A DNA stretch of 64,000 nucleotides from Candidatus Poribacteria bacterium (GTDB taxonomy: Bacteria; Poribacteria; WGA-4E; WGA-3G), in the NCBI GenBank assembly GCA_965205025.1, contig CBDBFU010000029.1, positions 11,299 through 75,298 of the forward strand. The letters are read 5' to 3'. The notes beneath the pieces were generated by a model. The model had not been told where the DNA came from and made no database searches. It saw only the letters and a program-made list of their open reading frames with translations. Within the stretch, counting starts at the first letter, position 1. Each line of letters starts with the position of its first letter. The position numbers and the translations under genes are program-made. Below, piece by piece: positions 1 through 9,966 of the stretch.

Positions 1-78
1 AATTACACGAAATCCTATATTGTGTTTTGTATTTTGATACCGTAATCCAGGATTTCCAAGACCAACAATCAGTTTCAC
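1..78 (-). CDS. pth: Peptidyl-tRNA hydrolase, N-terminal part (runs off the window edge; absent from the ORF track)
   Basis: Manual translation from GTG at 78 gives [26 protein letters not shown], the Pth signature GLGNPG..Y..T.HN.G; GGAGAG RBS upstream. Confidence 0.93.
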   Translation of the reverse strand, partial: MKLIVGLGNPGLRYQNTKHNIGFRVI

Positions 79-107
79 TGCTTCTCTCCAAAGGTGTTTC
101 TATAATA

Positions 108-363
108 ATACCATTTCTATAAATGATTCTCCCATGATTAGGTGATATTTATGTCTTGAAATACTACACAAACTGGATGAAGATTAAAATAATAATTCGG
201 TTCGGTGAATCAACGGTATGAACGCCTTTTGGCGTTCCCCGGGAAACCGAACCTACCAAGTTTGGGAAAACAGGAATTACCGAATTTAAAACTTAATCCT
301 CATGAAGTTTGTGCTACATTTAAGAGATTCTATAAATGAGATTTTAATTACCAGAAATGGTAT
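108..363. mobile_element. Composite MITE (family D) with a nested REP hairpin, family A MITE and family B element
   Basis: Terminal inverted repeats ATACCATTTCT (108) and AGAAATGGTAT (353-363) in a TA context; same ends at 29073-29303. Confidence 0.7.
177..303. mobile_element. Family A MITE (ATGAAGATTAA...TTAATCCTCAT), copy 1
   Basis: Imperfect TIR and subterminal AATTCGGT/ACCGAATT; splits hairpin CACAAACTGG|GAAGTTTGTG; empty allele at about 11297-11340. Confidence 0.85.
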
Positions 364-372
364 AGCCTTATA

Positions 373-960
373 TTAAAAGCGAAGAGGGTTGGAAATATCC
401 AGATGACCACCAAGTTTCTCTACCTCTTCACCATCAATTAGTATTTGAACATGTCTTATTTCATCAGGAAATGCTTCAAACACAGTATTGAGAATCGAGG
501 AAACTGTAATAACCTCTGCAGTAGTTCCTCCAATCTGTCCGTCAGCGAGATGATGTGAGAAATCTAAATAGGCAGTCATCTGGTTATCAATATAAATCTC
601 ATTAAGTTTCGTGCCCTCAGGAATTGGATTCCTATAATTTGGACGAGTTTCATTAACTAATGCAGTAATAATCTGCTTCATTCGTACTGTTGGATCATGG
701 AAGAGACGGAGTTCTACATATACCGCAATCAGTTCTGATAGAGTTGGATCAAAGAGGAACAATTTTACTTGTGAGGATGGTGGTAATTCGTCTGAAGTAT
801 TTGCTGTTTTTGGTAACACTGGCGGTGCATCTATGACTACTGTTTTCTTGGAATTAGAGATTAACAGCAACGTAACCGCAAGGGTAATTACGATTACGAC
901 TAAGGTAATTACCCATATAATAAATAGTCTGGAGTGTGTTATTCTACGTAAGATATCCAC
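373..960 (-). CDS. GerMN domain membrane-anchored protein
   Basis: N-terminal TM helix; IPEGTKL..I.....AYLDFS, SI.NT and VQILIDG...L.GHLD.S.PL motifs; follows an amidase gene. Confidence 0.85.
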   Translation of the reverse strand: MDILRRITHSRLFIIWVITLVVIVITLAVTLLLISNSKKTVVIDAPPVLPKTANTSDELPPSSQVKLFLFDPTLSELIAVYVELRLFHDPTVRMKQIITALVNETRPNYRNPIPEGTKLNEIYIDNQMTAYLDFSHHLADGQIGGTTAEVITVSSILNTVFEAFPDEIRHVQILIDGEEVEKLGGHLDISNPLRF

Positions 961-978
961 ATTAACATTGTATAGGAC

Positions 979-2142
979 TTATTCATCGACAGTCTTAGTA
1001 TTATCTTCAACCGATGTTGCATATAATTTTATAGAGCGTACAATAGACTTTGCCAAATTGGATATATAGTCAGGGTTGGATAGTTTAGTAGCATCATCAG
1101 TATTAGATAGGTATCCAAGTTCCAACAAAACTGCAGGCATATATACATCAGCCAGTGCAATCATTGGAAATTCTTTGAGTGTAACCTGATCTTCAGTGAA
1201 GAAATTCAGTTCGTTTTGTAGTATAGTAGCATAATCTCGGCTTTGTTTTAGATAGTTGGCTTGGTTAAGAATGTAAATTCCTCTCTGTCCAATTACTTTT
1301 GTAATACCTGCCTTGGATCGGAGATGTCCGTTTGGATTATTAATGTATAAACGCATACCTTTATGATTTTCAGCATAGGATGCGTTACAGTGAAGACTGA
1401 GAAATAGTTGTCCTTGCTTTCTATTTGTAAATTGGACTCGTTGAATGCGGGTTTTATTAATATCTTGCTCTCTGGTTAGATGTACAATTAACCCATGTTG
1501 TTTACTAAGTGTTTGTATCTGCTTAGCTACAGCAAGGACAATCTCCTTTTCAACCATTCCATTTTGGCTTTTACATCCAATATCTTCCTCCCCACCATGT
1601 CCAGGATCAATTATAACAGTAAAATGTTTAACATCATCATCAGTATTTCCATCTTCAACAGTCTTGGGAATAATTCGAACACGTTGGAGATTAGGGTTGT
1701 ATAATACAACAACATCATCAAGAAGGTGTAGAATATTCTGAAAGAAATTTATAGGCAACATTGGTTGCCCTTGTATCACCCGTGGGGGAACATTAATTGG
1801 AACATTCTTGTTATCAGAAACTATATTGACGGTATCAGATCCCATCCGTAAACGAATTTCCTTCCCTTTTGTTTTGAGAATAAGTTGTTTTTTTGGTAGA
1901 TGGTAATTATAGGTCATCTCCGAATCGAAAACATCTTTTACCGTCTCAACCGGTAGATAGACAGAATTCTCATGAAGGACAGCTTCTACCTCTGCAATTA
2001 TCTCTCCATTCATATTAACAAAACGCACGGTAGGTGCTTGCGCATAACCGTGCGTTTTAATAGAAATAATCAGAATGATATGTATGAGAAATAGGAAAGG
2101 ATAGGAGCGTAACAACGAATTATAGTTATTCTGCGTCTTCAT
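979..2142 (-). CDS. N-acetylmuramoyl-L-alanine amidase (Amidase_3) with N-terminal copper-amine-oxidase-like domain
   Basis: IIDPGHGG, EK, FLSLHCN and PAVLLELGYLSN motifs; start reassigned to ATG at 2142 because the longer ORF is an off-frame reading of the rplY tail. Confidence 0.88.
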   Translation of the reverse strand: MKTQNNYNSLLRSYPFLFLIHIILIISIKTHGYAQAPTVRFVNMNGEIIAEVEAVLHENSVYLPVETVKDVFDSEMTYNYHLPKKQLILKTKGKEIRLRMGSDTVNIVSDNKNVPINVPPRVIQGQPMLPINFFQNILHLLDDVVVLYNPNLQRVRIIPKTVEDGNTDDDVKHFTVIIDPGHGGEEDIGCKSQNGMVEKEIVLAVAKQIQTLSKQHGLIVHLTREQDINKTRIQRVQFTNRKQGQLFLSLHCNASYAENHKGMRLYINNPNGHLRSKAGITKVIGQRGIYILNQANYLKQSRDYATILQNELNFFTEDQVTLKEFPMIALADVYMPAVLLELGYLSNTDDATKLSNPDYISNLAKSIVRSIKLYATSVEDNTKTVDE

Positions 2143-2839
2143 CCTCGTCATCACGTCGTCTACGAATAAGTTCAGGTTCGGTTCTTTCCTCTTCGGCATC
2201 TTCAGCAGGTGTGCCTTCTTCACCTTCTTCACCTTCTTCGCCTTCTTCACCCTCTTCTTCTTCAACTACCTCTTCAACAATGACGCGAGGTTGACTGACT
2301 GAAACAATGACTCGTTGAAGTTCATCTAATAATTCAATTTCATCATCAAGTTCAATATCCTGTACATAAATAATATCACCAATCACCATCTCTGAAATGT
2401 CAACAGTAATATCATTTGGCATTATGGAGGGTAGACAATTAAGTGTAAGATTTCTAAGTGGAAATTCGACAACTCCGCCTTCCTGTATGCCGACCGGTGT
2501 ACCCTCCAATATAATTGGAACAGTAGATGTTACCGGTTCATCTAAAGAAATGCGTATAAAATCGGCATGAAGCAAGAGTTGTTTTTCAACAGGATGGCGT
2601 TGTATATCTTTAATTATTACCGGTTCAGGATTACCTTGTGTGATTTCCATATTAATGATTACATTTTCACCATATGTTCGGAGAAAATGCTTGAAAGCCC
2701 GTTCATTAATTTGGATGGCAATAGATTCCTGTTTCCGTCCATATAGTACTCCGGGTATATCTCCTGCACGTCTTATAGCTTTTGCATTCTGTTTTCCGAA
2801 TGTATCTCTTTGTTGTACATCTAGTTTTGCTTGTTGCAT
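2126..2839 (-). CDS. rplY: 50S ribosomal protein L25 / general stress protein Ctc
   Basis: R...GK...AIRR.G.IPGVLYG, IQRHPV and HADF motifs; acidic C-terminal tail. Confidence 0.95.
   Translation of the reverse strand: MQQAKLDVQQRDTFGKQNAKAIRRAGDIPGVLYGRKQESIAIQINERAFKHFLRTYGENVIINMEITQGNPEPVIIKDIQRHPVEKQLLLHADFIRISLDEPVTSTVPIILEGTPVGIQEGGVVEFPLRNLTLNCLPSIMPNDITVDISEMVIGDIIYVQDIELDDEIELLDELQRVIVSVSQPRVIVEEVVEEEEGEEGEEGEEGEEGTPAEDAEEERTEPELIRRRRDDEDEDAE
2212..2262. repeat. 9-bp tandem repeat encoding (EEG)n in the RplY tail
   Basis: CCTTCTTCA-type units repeated about 4-5 times. Confidence 0.7.
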
Positions 2840-2875
2840 TTTACCATTTAAACCTTTAAATCTGTGAATAAGAAA

Positions 2876-2947
2876 CAGGGCGGGTAGGATTCGAACCTAC
2901 GCATGCAGGTGCCAAAGACCTGTGCCTTACCGCTTGGCCACCGCCCT
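2876..2947 (-). tRNA. tRNA-Gln (anticodon TTG)
   Basis: Minus strand AGGGCGG...CCGCCCT-G acceptor stem; D arm TGGCCAAGCGGTAAGGC; anticodon arm CAGGT-CTTTGGC-ACCTG; T arm GTAGGTTCGAATCCTAC; no encoded CCA. Confidence 0.96.
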
Positions 2948-3838
2948 TCAATTGTCAATAAATACCCCTATTGAACTGGTTTGTGTTATAGTACAGTAAT
3001 TAACTTTATTCTTGAAGTATGTCTCACATAGTTGGGCTGCAGATTTATCCTCCATCAATGCGAAGAGAGTTGCACCACTACCTGACATTAACACTCCTAA
3101 ACAACCTTCTTGATTTGATACCTCATTTTTTAATTCAGAAAGTTTGGGATAGTTTGAAAAAACTGGTATCTCAAGTAGATTGTATAGGTTTCCTGCAATT
3201 CCAAATATATCACCAGTTTCAAAGTAAGACTTAATAATTATACAGTTATTTCCACTTCTTGTCAAGGGAATGTTTAAATTTTCGAACACTGACTTCGTCG
3301 TGATTTGTATTCCCGAATTTATTAGAACTATATATACATCTGTCAATGGAGGTAATGGATCTAAAATATCTCCTATCCCTGTTCCGAATGCTGCTCCACC
3401 ATGAAGACAAAAAGGAACGTCCGCCCCTAATTGTCGACCAATTTGTTTAAGAGCTTTATCTGATAGACCAAGATCAAATAGTTGATTGACACCGACAAGT
3501 GTTGCGGCAGCATTGGCACTACCACCTGCCAGACCTGCAGCAACAGGAATTCTTTTGTTTATATGAATGTCAATTCCACCAAAACCCCCAACTTTATCAT
3601 ATAAGGATTGTGCGGCAAGGTATGCTAAATTCTGTTTGTCTGTTGGCACATCTGAATGTGTACAATCAACAGAAATCCCATTTTTTGCACGTTTGTTTAT
3701 AATCAGTTCATCATTCAGACCAATTGAATGAAATATCGTTTCGAGATTGTGATATCCATCTTGACGTTTACCAACAACGTCTAAGTATAGGTTTATCTTT
3801 GCGTTTCCGATTACCTTTATAGTGTCTGTAGAACTCAT
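2948..3838 (-). CDS. ispE: 4-diphosphocytidyl-2-C-methyl-D-erythritol kinase
   Basis: AKINLYL, GYH.LET, KRIPVAAGLAGGSANAA, GADVPF and MSGSG motifs. Confidence 0.96.
   Translation of the reverse strand: MSSTDTIKVIGNAKINLYLDVVGKRQDGYHNLETIFHSIGLNDELIINKRAKNGISVDCTHSDVPTDKQNLAYLAAQSLYDKVGGFGGIDIHINKRIPVAAGLAGGSANAAATLVGVNQLFDLGLSDKALKQIGRQLGADVPFCLHGGAAFGTGIGDILDPLPPLTDVYIVLINSGIQITTKSVFENLNIPLTRSGNNCIIIKSYFETGDIFGIAGNLYNLLEIPVFSNYPKLSELKNEVSNQEGCLGVLMSGSGATLFALMEDKSAAQLCETYFKNKVNYCTITQTSSIGVFIDN
3237..3265 (-). promoter_or_regulatory. Consensus sigma70 promoter inside ispE, pointing at tRNA-Gln/rplY
   Basis: Minus strand TTGACA-17 nt-TATAAT, exact match to consensus. Confidence 0.8.
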
Positions 3839-4746
3839 TCAGGTGTATCTGATTTCTCAGGATCTGAAATATGTGTAATCTTCATATCATCATTTAAAAA
3901 TGGCTCAAAATCAAAGTGACTATCATCGATATCTACATTTAAATGTACATCTGATATTTTGATTATTACACTTGTTTGTTTAAGTGGTCTTTCAATTTCA
4001 ACGATATTAGGTCTCAGTATGCCGTCTACTTCGCGATAACCAGAGAAAACTGCTCTTTGTTTAATAGTATCTTTAGAGTCCTTAACTACCCATTCAGTTA
4101 CACGTGGTTCGTTATTCTTTACTTGGACAGTGATGTTTTCTGTATGTTCTGCATCTAATCCGGGACGTGTAACAATAAAATGACCTCCTGAAGTCGTAAC
4201 ACACAATTCCTTAGTTCTACCATCAAGGAATGGATTTGCGAAAATGGCACTTAACACATCGGTTACGCGTAAATCTATACCAAATATCTCATGTAAGATA
4301 CTATCAGATAGTTTTCCGACGTAAACTTCTTGTTCATCAAGTAAGGCAAGGAGAAATTTTTTTCGGTTTGCTATTGCCACCCCTTTCGTATCAGTAAACC
4401 CTCCTAATGCTTGGATTCGAAGAAGTTCACTACCATCAGATGTTTTTTTATACCATAACATCTCATGTAATTCTTCAGGAGGAGAATCTGCTTCTTGAAT
4501 CCTAACCATCATCTTGGTAGTTTTTAATGAACCTGTTAAGTCATACCGTTCCTGTAATGTTTGTAAGTGCGTAGAAAATTCGTCTGATAGTTCCGTAGAA
4601 AATGAATCAGTGTTTGATGTAGTTACCACACATCCATTAAAGATAGTTACAACAAAAAGAGTCATCCAATAACAAATCAGTGCTATTGGATGATTGTCCT
4701 GCCAAGAACTTGAGGTGGTAACTTCTATATTGATCCGTTTATTCAT
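3835..4746 (-). CDS. Putative lipoprotein, LolB/DUF4292-like fold
   Basis: Hydrophobic stretch ending in FNGC lipobox; DGILRP and LNVDIDDSHFDF C-terminal motifs; occupies the lolB position upstream of ispE. Confidence 0.55.
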   Translation of the reverse strand: MNKRINIEVTTSSSWQDNHPIALICYWMTLFVVTIFNGCVVTTSNTDSFSTELSDEFSTHLQTLQERYDLTGSLKTTKMMVRIQEADSPPEELHEMLWYKKTSDGSELLRIQALGGFTDTKGVAIANRKKFLLALLDEQEVYVGKLSDSILHEIFGIDLRVTDVLSAIFANPFLDGRTKELCVTTSGGHFIVTRPGLDAEHTENITVQVKNNEPRVTEWVVKDSKDTIKQRAVFSGYREVDGILRPNIVEIERPLKQTSVIIKISDVHLNVDIDDSHFDFEPFLNDDMKITHISDPEKSDTPE

Positions 4747-5937
4747 TTAGTAAACCTGTGACATAGACTCTTCAACTATGTTCACTGCTTCTTCTACGTG
4801 AGCAGCATTAATATTCAAAGGTGGTAGGAATCGAAGTACATAGTCGTTTGTACAGATGGTAACCAGTCCATTTTCAATACATTTTGCTGCGAGTGGTTTA
4901 GCATCTTCAGACATGACGAGACCTCGCAACAATCCTTTTCCACGTACTTCTTCAATTGGATATTTACCTTTTAGTTCCATTAGACCACCTGCCAGATAAT
5001 TTCCCATTTTCACAGCGTTCACGGCAAGATTCTCATCAAGGATTGTTTTTACTGTTGCACAGGCAGCAGCAGATGATAAGAAATTACCTCCGAATGTTGC
5101 CGCATGTGTACCTGGAACAAAACTATCAGCCACCTTCTGTTTTGCCAACATTGCCCCTATAGGAACACCACTTCCTAATGCTTTTGCCATGGTAATTACA
5201 TCTGGAACAACACCATAGCTTTGGTATCCAAAAAATGTACCTAATCTACCCATTGCTGTCTGAACTTCATCAAACATGAGTATCAGGTCATGTTGATCAC
5301 ACAATTCACGTAAACCGTGTAGATAACCATCGCTGGGTATATTTACTCCACCTTCAGACTGAATTGGTTCAACTAATATAGCACAAGTCTTTGAATTCAC
5401 AGCTGCGGCTGTTGCGTCAAGATCATCAAAAGGAACGTACTTAAAGCCTTCCAACATAGGTTCAAAACCAACGTGGTATCTTGGCTGTGCGGTTGCTGTG
5501 ATAGTAGCCATTGTGCGCCCATGGAATGAGTTATCCATGGTAATTATTTCATAAGCATCTGTTTTGCCATTATCTTTTGCGTATTTCCGTGCGATTTTTA
5601 TTGCTGCTTCATTGGCTTCTGCCCCACTATTACAGAAGAAACATTGATCCATATCAGAATTATCAATCAACATTTTTGCTAATTCTGCTTGAGGATGGAT
5701 ATAATAAAGGTTCGAGGTGTGCAATACATTTCCTGCTTGCTCACGAATTGCTTCTACAACTTTAGGATGCCCATGTCCTAAACCGTTAACAGCTAATCCA
5801 CCTAAAAAGTCAAGATATTTCTTTCCATCTGCATCCCATAAGTAAGGTCCCTCACCTTTGACAAATGCAAGACTTCTGTCTCCATAGGTATTAATTATAT
5901 ATTTTGTAGCCAACGATTTTATTTCGGCTGTATTCAT
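4747..5937 (-). CDS. argD: Acetylornithine aminotransferase
   Basis: NSGAEANEAAIK, SFHGRT, EPIQSEGG, FDEVQT, TMAKALG and TFGGN motifs. Confidence 0.92.
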   Translation of the reverse strand: MNTAEIKSLATKYIINTYGDRSLAFVKGEGPYLWDADGKKYLDFLGGLAVNGLGHGHPKVVEAIREQAGNVLHTSNLYYIHPQAELAKMLIDNSDMDQCFFCNSGAEANEAAIKIARKYAKDNGKTDAYEIITMDNSFHGRTMATITATAQPRYHVGFEPMLEGFKYVPFDDLDATAAAVNSKTCAILVEPIQSEGGVNIPSDGYLHGLRELCDQHDLILMFDEVQTAMGRLGTFFGYQSYGVVPDVITMAKALGSGVPIGAMLAKQKVADSFVPGTHAATFGGNFLSSAAACATVKTILDENLAVNAVKMGNYLAGGLMELKGKYPIEEVRGKGLLRGLVMSEDAKPLAAKCIENGLVTICTNDYVLRFLPPLNINAAHVEEAVNIVEESMSQVY

Positions 5938-6088
5938 AAACTACTCCTTAAGTTTTCTTAATACCAACTCTAATTGATTAGCTTACATTATTGGCATTAG
6001 GAAATAGTTATTTATTTCAAAGTTATTCCTATAGACATTCCGTCCCTACCAAATCAAGGAATCAAGAAATCAACGGTATGAATGTCAT

Positions 6089-6203
6089 ATGAAGATTAAT
6101 TTTTAAATTCGGTAATTTTGGAGAAAGATCCCGTGCGGTTAGGAAACCGCACCTACCGGGTTTGGGAAAATTAGAATTACCGAAATATTTACTTAATCCT
6201 CAT
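6089..6203. mobile_element. Family A MITE, copy 2
   Basis: ATGAAGATTAA...TTAATCCTCAT with internal REP GTGCGGTTAGGAAACCGCACCTAC; splits hairpin GAATGTCAT|TAGACATTC. Confidence 0.85.
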
Positions 6204-6296
6204 TAGACATTCCCCGGGTATGAATGCTATTTAGCATTCCCTGGGTGTGAATGCCATTCAGGCATTCCCCGGGACTCAAAACCAATAAATCATAGT

Positions 6297-6382
6297 CTAA
6301 AATTGACGCCTATGAATCAACGGTATGAATGCTATTTAACATTCCCCGTGGTTAGGAAACCGCACGATTAGCGTCAATTTAG
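6297..6382. mobile_element. Small TIR element (family G)
   Basis: CTAAAATTGACGC...GCGTCAATTTAG ends; orphan left ends near 21234 and 21454. Confidence 0.55.
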
Positions 6383-6384
6383 AT

Positions 6385-6632
6385 ACACCTTTCGCCCCGC
6401 TGGGGCTTAGTGTTTAGGATTTGTACGTTTTCTACACACCTTTCGCCCCGCTGGGGCTTGGTATATTGGTGATAACGATTTCTATAAACATTCCGTCCCT
6501 ATGGGACTCAAGATAGTGGATAAACACGTTTTCTATAGACATTTCGTCCCTACCAAATCAAGGAATCAACGGTATGAACGACATTTAGTCATTCCCGGGT
6601 ATGAATGCCATTTAGGCATTCCCCGGGACTCA
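6385..6632. repeat. Tandem REP-like palindrome array (family C), about 50-bp period
   Basis: TTCTA(T/C)ANACA followed by hairpins GCCCCGCTGGGGC or GTCCCTA(C/T)GGGAC. Confidence 0.8.
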
Positions 6633-6752
6633 TAAATGCGTATATGATAATCCTTGTTTCAGATAAGTCATAATGTAAACCTATAAATTGAAAATAGTAT
6701 AACAAGACTTGGGAACAATACCATGAAATTGGATGTATATATTTTCTATTAT

Positions 6753-7886
6753 CTACCAATTTGTAAAAGATCCGTCATCTCGCGTATAACCGTATGGAGG
6801 TCCATATTCTTGTGATGTAACATTCGTAAGTGCATCTTCGTTGAATTCAATCCCTAATCCTGGCGATTCAGGTGGTAATAGATAACCTGATTCAAAAGGC
6901 ACTTGAACAGGAAAGACATCGGTTAGAGAGGACATTGGAGGACGTGGGAGTTCCTGTACACCTACTAATGGAGAAGATAGGCATAGATGTAAACATGCCG
7001 CAGTAGACACAGGACCCAGGGGATTGTGTGGTGCCAAATATATATAATGTGTTTCGCACCATCCAGCAATCTTCCGTGCTTCTGTTAGACCACCAGCAAT
7101 ACATAGATCTACTCGGCAAAAGTCTAATAATTCCTCTTCTATTGCTTCACGGAATTTCCATTTACTATCATATTGTTCTCCAACTGCAATAGGAACAGAT
7201 GTTTGCTGACGGAGGCGTCTTAGACTTCCAGGATTTTCACTTCTGAGTGGATCTTCAATGAAGAATGGGTTGTATTGTTCAACTTTGTTGCAAAAATCGA
7301 GCGTATCTGCTGGATCTAAGCGAGTGTGGACATCAACAAGGATTTCAATATCATCTCCAAAAGCATCTCTAACAGCTTGTACTTGTTTTACTCCGTATTG
7401 TACTGCCCGTCTTGGTTCAAATGTGTCACTCCCAGAACCATCAGCCAAACCCCATCTAACAAATTTCCAACCTGCTTCGTGAGTTTTTCGACAGTTCTCA
7501 ACAAGAGTCTCAGGTGTAGCACCTCCATTATGTGGATAACAGACGACCTTGTCTCTTGTGCGTCCACCTAATAGTTCATATACTGGAACATTCAGTGCTT
7601 TTCCTTTAATGTCCCATAAGGCTATATCTACTGCACTGACTGCTGCTGACTGAACAACACCCCCTGGAAAGAATCCACCTCGGAACATTACCTGCCATAG
7701 GTGTTCAATCTGGAACGGATCTGCACCGATAAGAAATGGTTCAAATGAACGTATTACCTCTGCTAATGCTAAGGAACGTCTGCGAATACCACCTTCACCT
7801 ACTCCATAAATACCTGTATCCGTTTCAACTTTAACAAAGAAATGACCTGCCTCTGAAACAAAGGATTTGACATTCGTGATTTTCAT
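6753..7886 (-). CDS. Mandelate racemase/muconate lactonizing enzyme family protein (galactonate dehydratase-like)
   Basis: SAVDIALWDIKGK..PVYELLGG, DVH, FIEDP, AVGE and APHNP motifs. Confidence 0.9.
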   Translation of the reverse strand: MKITNVKSFVSEAGHFFVKVETDTGIYGVGEGGIRRRSLALAEVIRSFEPFLIGADPFQIEHLWQVMFRGGFFPGGVVQSAAVSAVDIALWDIKGKALNVPVYELLGGRTRDKVVCYPHNGGATPETLVENCRKTHEAGWKFVRWGLADGSGSDTFEPRRAVQYGVKQVQAVRDAFGDDIEILVDVHTRLDPADTLDFCNKVEQYNPFFIEDPLRSENPGSLRRLRQQTSVPIAVGEQYDSKWKFREAIEEELLDFCRVDLCIAGGLTEARKIAGWCETHYIYLAPHNPLGPVSTAACLHLCLSSPLVGVQELPRPPMSSLTDVFPVQVPFESGYLLPPESPGLGIEFNEDALTNVTSQEYGPPYGYTRDDGSFTNW

Positions 7887-7924
7887 ATATTTTCCAATCG
7901 ATTATATATAGATGTAATACGGAC

Positions 7925-8743
7925 TTACACAGCATCTAAGGATGGTGTATTGTCTTGACAGTATACAGGACGGAAAAGAGTTTGCCGTTTAAATGGCATC
8001 TCAGCAAGTTGTTGTGGGTTAGGTTCCCATTTATGCCATTTATTTCCAACGGTATTGTAGCAGTTAAAGATTGCCACACGGTCAACTTCTTCATCTGTCC
8101 ATTTTGCTCCAGTATGAGTAATAGCTTCTGTGAAAATTAGAACCGACCCTGCCGGACAACTGTAATCTTCCCATAATGGTGAATTTCTATCTTTAGTAGA
8201 TTCAGGGGCAGGAAATGCTCCTTTATGACTTCCCGTCAGGAACATAGTTCCACCACCACCTTCCTTAACAGGATTGAGTTCCCAAACCACACGAGTTAAT
8301 CCACTATGAGCTTTGTCATGGTGTAGGTGGTAAGTATGCGAGTTGCCAGGAAAATTCAGCATACCCCTACCACCATGGGGTTGGAAGTTATCGTGTCCAT
8401 TTCCTCGAATTGTCAGAAATGAACCTTCAAACCGAAAGCCATAACAGTTTTCATTGGCATATCCAGATGTCAGGAATTCATTCATGAATCCTAATACAAC
8501 AGGATGATCCGTTAATTTTTCAAGTGGACCTCCAATAGAAGAACGGTGGTGTGAGGGAACTGATTCAGGATCTTTCTGTAACTGATAACAGAAATCCCGC
8601 ATTTCTTTGGTTTCTGTTTCAGTTAGTACACCTGGGAAACAGAGCCATCCGCGTGTATCAAAGAGAAAACGTTGCTCTTCGGACATTGGAATTGTAGGTA
8701 AGTTGTCAGCATTAGTTTCAGGATTTGGCATTAGTAGCTCCAA
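7925..8743 (-). CDS. PhyH-family (phytanoyl-CoA dioxygenase-like) protein
   Basis: F...GW, T.FL.GSHK and PAGSVLIFTEAITH.G.....R motifs. Confidence 0.82.
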   Translation of the reverse strand: MELLMPNPETNADNLPTIPMSEEQRFLFDTRGWLCFPGVLTETETKEMRDFCYQLQKDPESVPSHHRSSIGGPLEKLTDHPVVLGFMNEFLTSGYANENCYGFRFEGSFLTIRGNGHDNFQPHGGRGMLNFPGNSHTYHLHHDKAHSGLTRVVWELNPVKEGGGGTMFLTGSHKGAFPAPESTKDRNSPLWEDYSCPAGSVLIFTEAITHTGAKWTDEEVDRVAIFNCYNTVGNKWHKWEPNPQQLAEMPFKRQTLFRPVYCQDNTPSLDAV

Positions 8744-8796
8744 TATAAAACTTAAATAGTGTGTTTATGAACATATTTTTCTTTAAATTGTAGAAT

Positions 8797-9966
8797 CTAT
8801 CCTTTATTTTGTCCATATAACCGTTCAGTTTCAACTGTCAACCATGTTCCATAATCTCGTGGCATCTCCTCTGGAGATCCGAGATTATTATCGTTACGCC
8901 ATTGTATTAAGGGGTGTTCACGATTCGTTTGGGGGAGTTCCACCCGTTTACCATAAATAGCGGACTCAAATATACCCATAAGAATCTCCAGGACATGGCG
9001 TCCCTCTTCTCCATTGCATTCATGTTCTCTGTCTTCATCAAGTGCATCCACATATTCGTCAACCATACAGTAGTCATCTGCATCTACCCCACTGGTGTTG
9101 TCATAATGTTCAGGATATATTGGGGTAAGTTTCTCCCATTTGTCATGTGTACCATCAGGTATATAGTGAGGTGTTGATAATAACCATGCCCCTTTCAATT
9201 CAGACCAAAACAATCTACCTTCGCTACCATAAAGTTCTAAAACATAAGCATCACTTTCAACTCTTGGAAACCTTTGTTGAATAAGTGTACCTGTAACATT
9301 ATTGTCAAATTGTAGTGAAGCAGTGACATATTCACCTGTGACAGTTCCCATTCCTGCGGGAGAAGGTAGTACATCCTCAGGTGTTAAATTACGTCCTCCT
9401 GCAGTAGCTTGCGTAACCAAACTTCTACAATGACCACCGAATCGGATCATATTATTGACAACATGTGTGCCTATGTTCATCAATCCGTATCCAGCATAAT
9501 AACCTTTTCCACAAGCATAAATATACCGTAGATCTCCGATTTTACCTTCGTCAAGTTCTTTTGCGACGGATTGCATTGTAGGACTAACACGGCGTTGATG
9601 ATGGACAACAACACGTGCATTCTTCTCTTTGGCTTTTGCCAGAACAGCATCAGCCTGAACTAAATCAGTACAAATTGGTTTCTCTACCTCTATATTTACA
9701 CCATGTTCAAGTACCTGCATACATAATGGATAGTGTAAGTCTGTCGCAGTAGGGATTGCTACAATATCAGGCTGTGTTTCTTGTATCATCTCATCAATAT
9801 CAGTGAAATGAGTTGATACGTTTACAATTTTCCCGAGTTGCTCCATTCTCTCAGGAAGAAGATCACAGAGCGCGACTATTTCAGTTCTTGGATGTGCATG
9901 ATAGGCTTTTGCTGCTGCTGTTCCGCGACTACGGCATCCTAATATTCCAATGCGGTATGTTTTCAT
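8797..9966 (-). CDS. Gfo/Idh/MocA family oxidoreductase
   Basis: N-terminal Rossmann fold; PDIV.I.T...H, EKP and NIGTH motifs. Confidence 0.9.
   Translation of the reverse strand: MKTYRIGILGCRSRGTAAAKAYHAHPRTEIVALCDLLPERMEQLGKIVNVSTHFTDIDEMIQETQPDIVAIPTATDLHYPLCMQVLEHGVNIEVEKPICTDLVQADAVLAKAKEKNARVVVHHQRRVSPTMQSVAKELDEGKIGDLRYIYACGKGYYAGYGLMNIGTHVVNNMIRFGGHCRSLVTQATAGGRNLTPEDVLPSPAGMGTVTGEYVTASLQFDNNVTGTLIQQRFPRVESDAYVLELYGSEGRLFWSELKGAWLLSTPHYIPDGTHDKWEKLTPIYPEHYDNTSGVDADDYCMVDEYVDALDEDREHECNGEEGRHVLEILMGIFESAIYGKRVELPQTNREHPLIQWRNDNNLGSPEEMPRDYGTWLTVETERLYGQNKG

Larger units (their letters stand above)
5961..6700. mobile_element. Large composite intergenic element (family E ends) holding family A, B, C and G units
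   Basis: Left end ATACCAACTCTAATTGATTAG (also at 28869); right end AATTGAAAATAGTAT (cf. 21211-21226, 29056-29071); its right part is homologous to 20900-21226. Confidence 0.75.

Noticed and set aside
2143-2265. Lys-rich N-terminal extension of the amidase ORF
   Set aside because: Off-frame reading of the rplY (EEG)n tail.
6385-6632. CRISPR array (regularly spaced palindromic repeats; also 20900-21160 and 28690-29000)
   Set aside because: Repeats vary in sequence, spacers are short and reused between loci, arrays have only 2-4 units, and no cas genes are present; REP-like instead.
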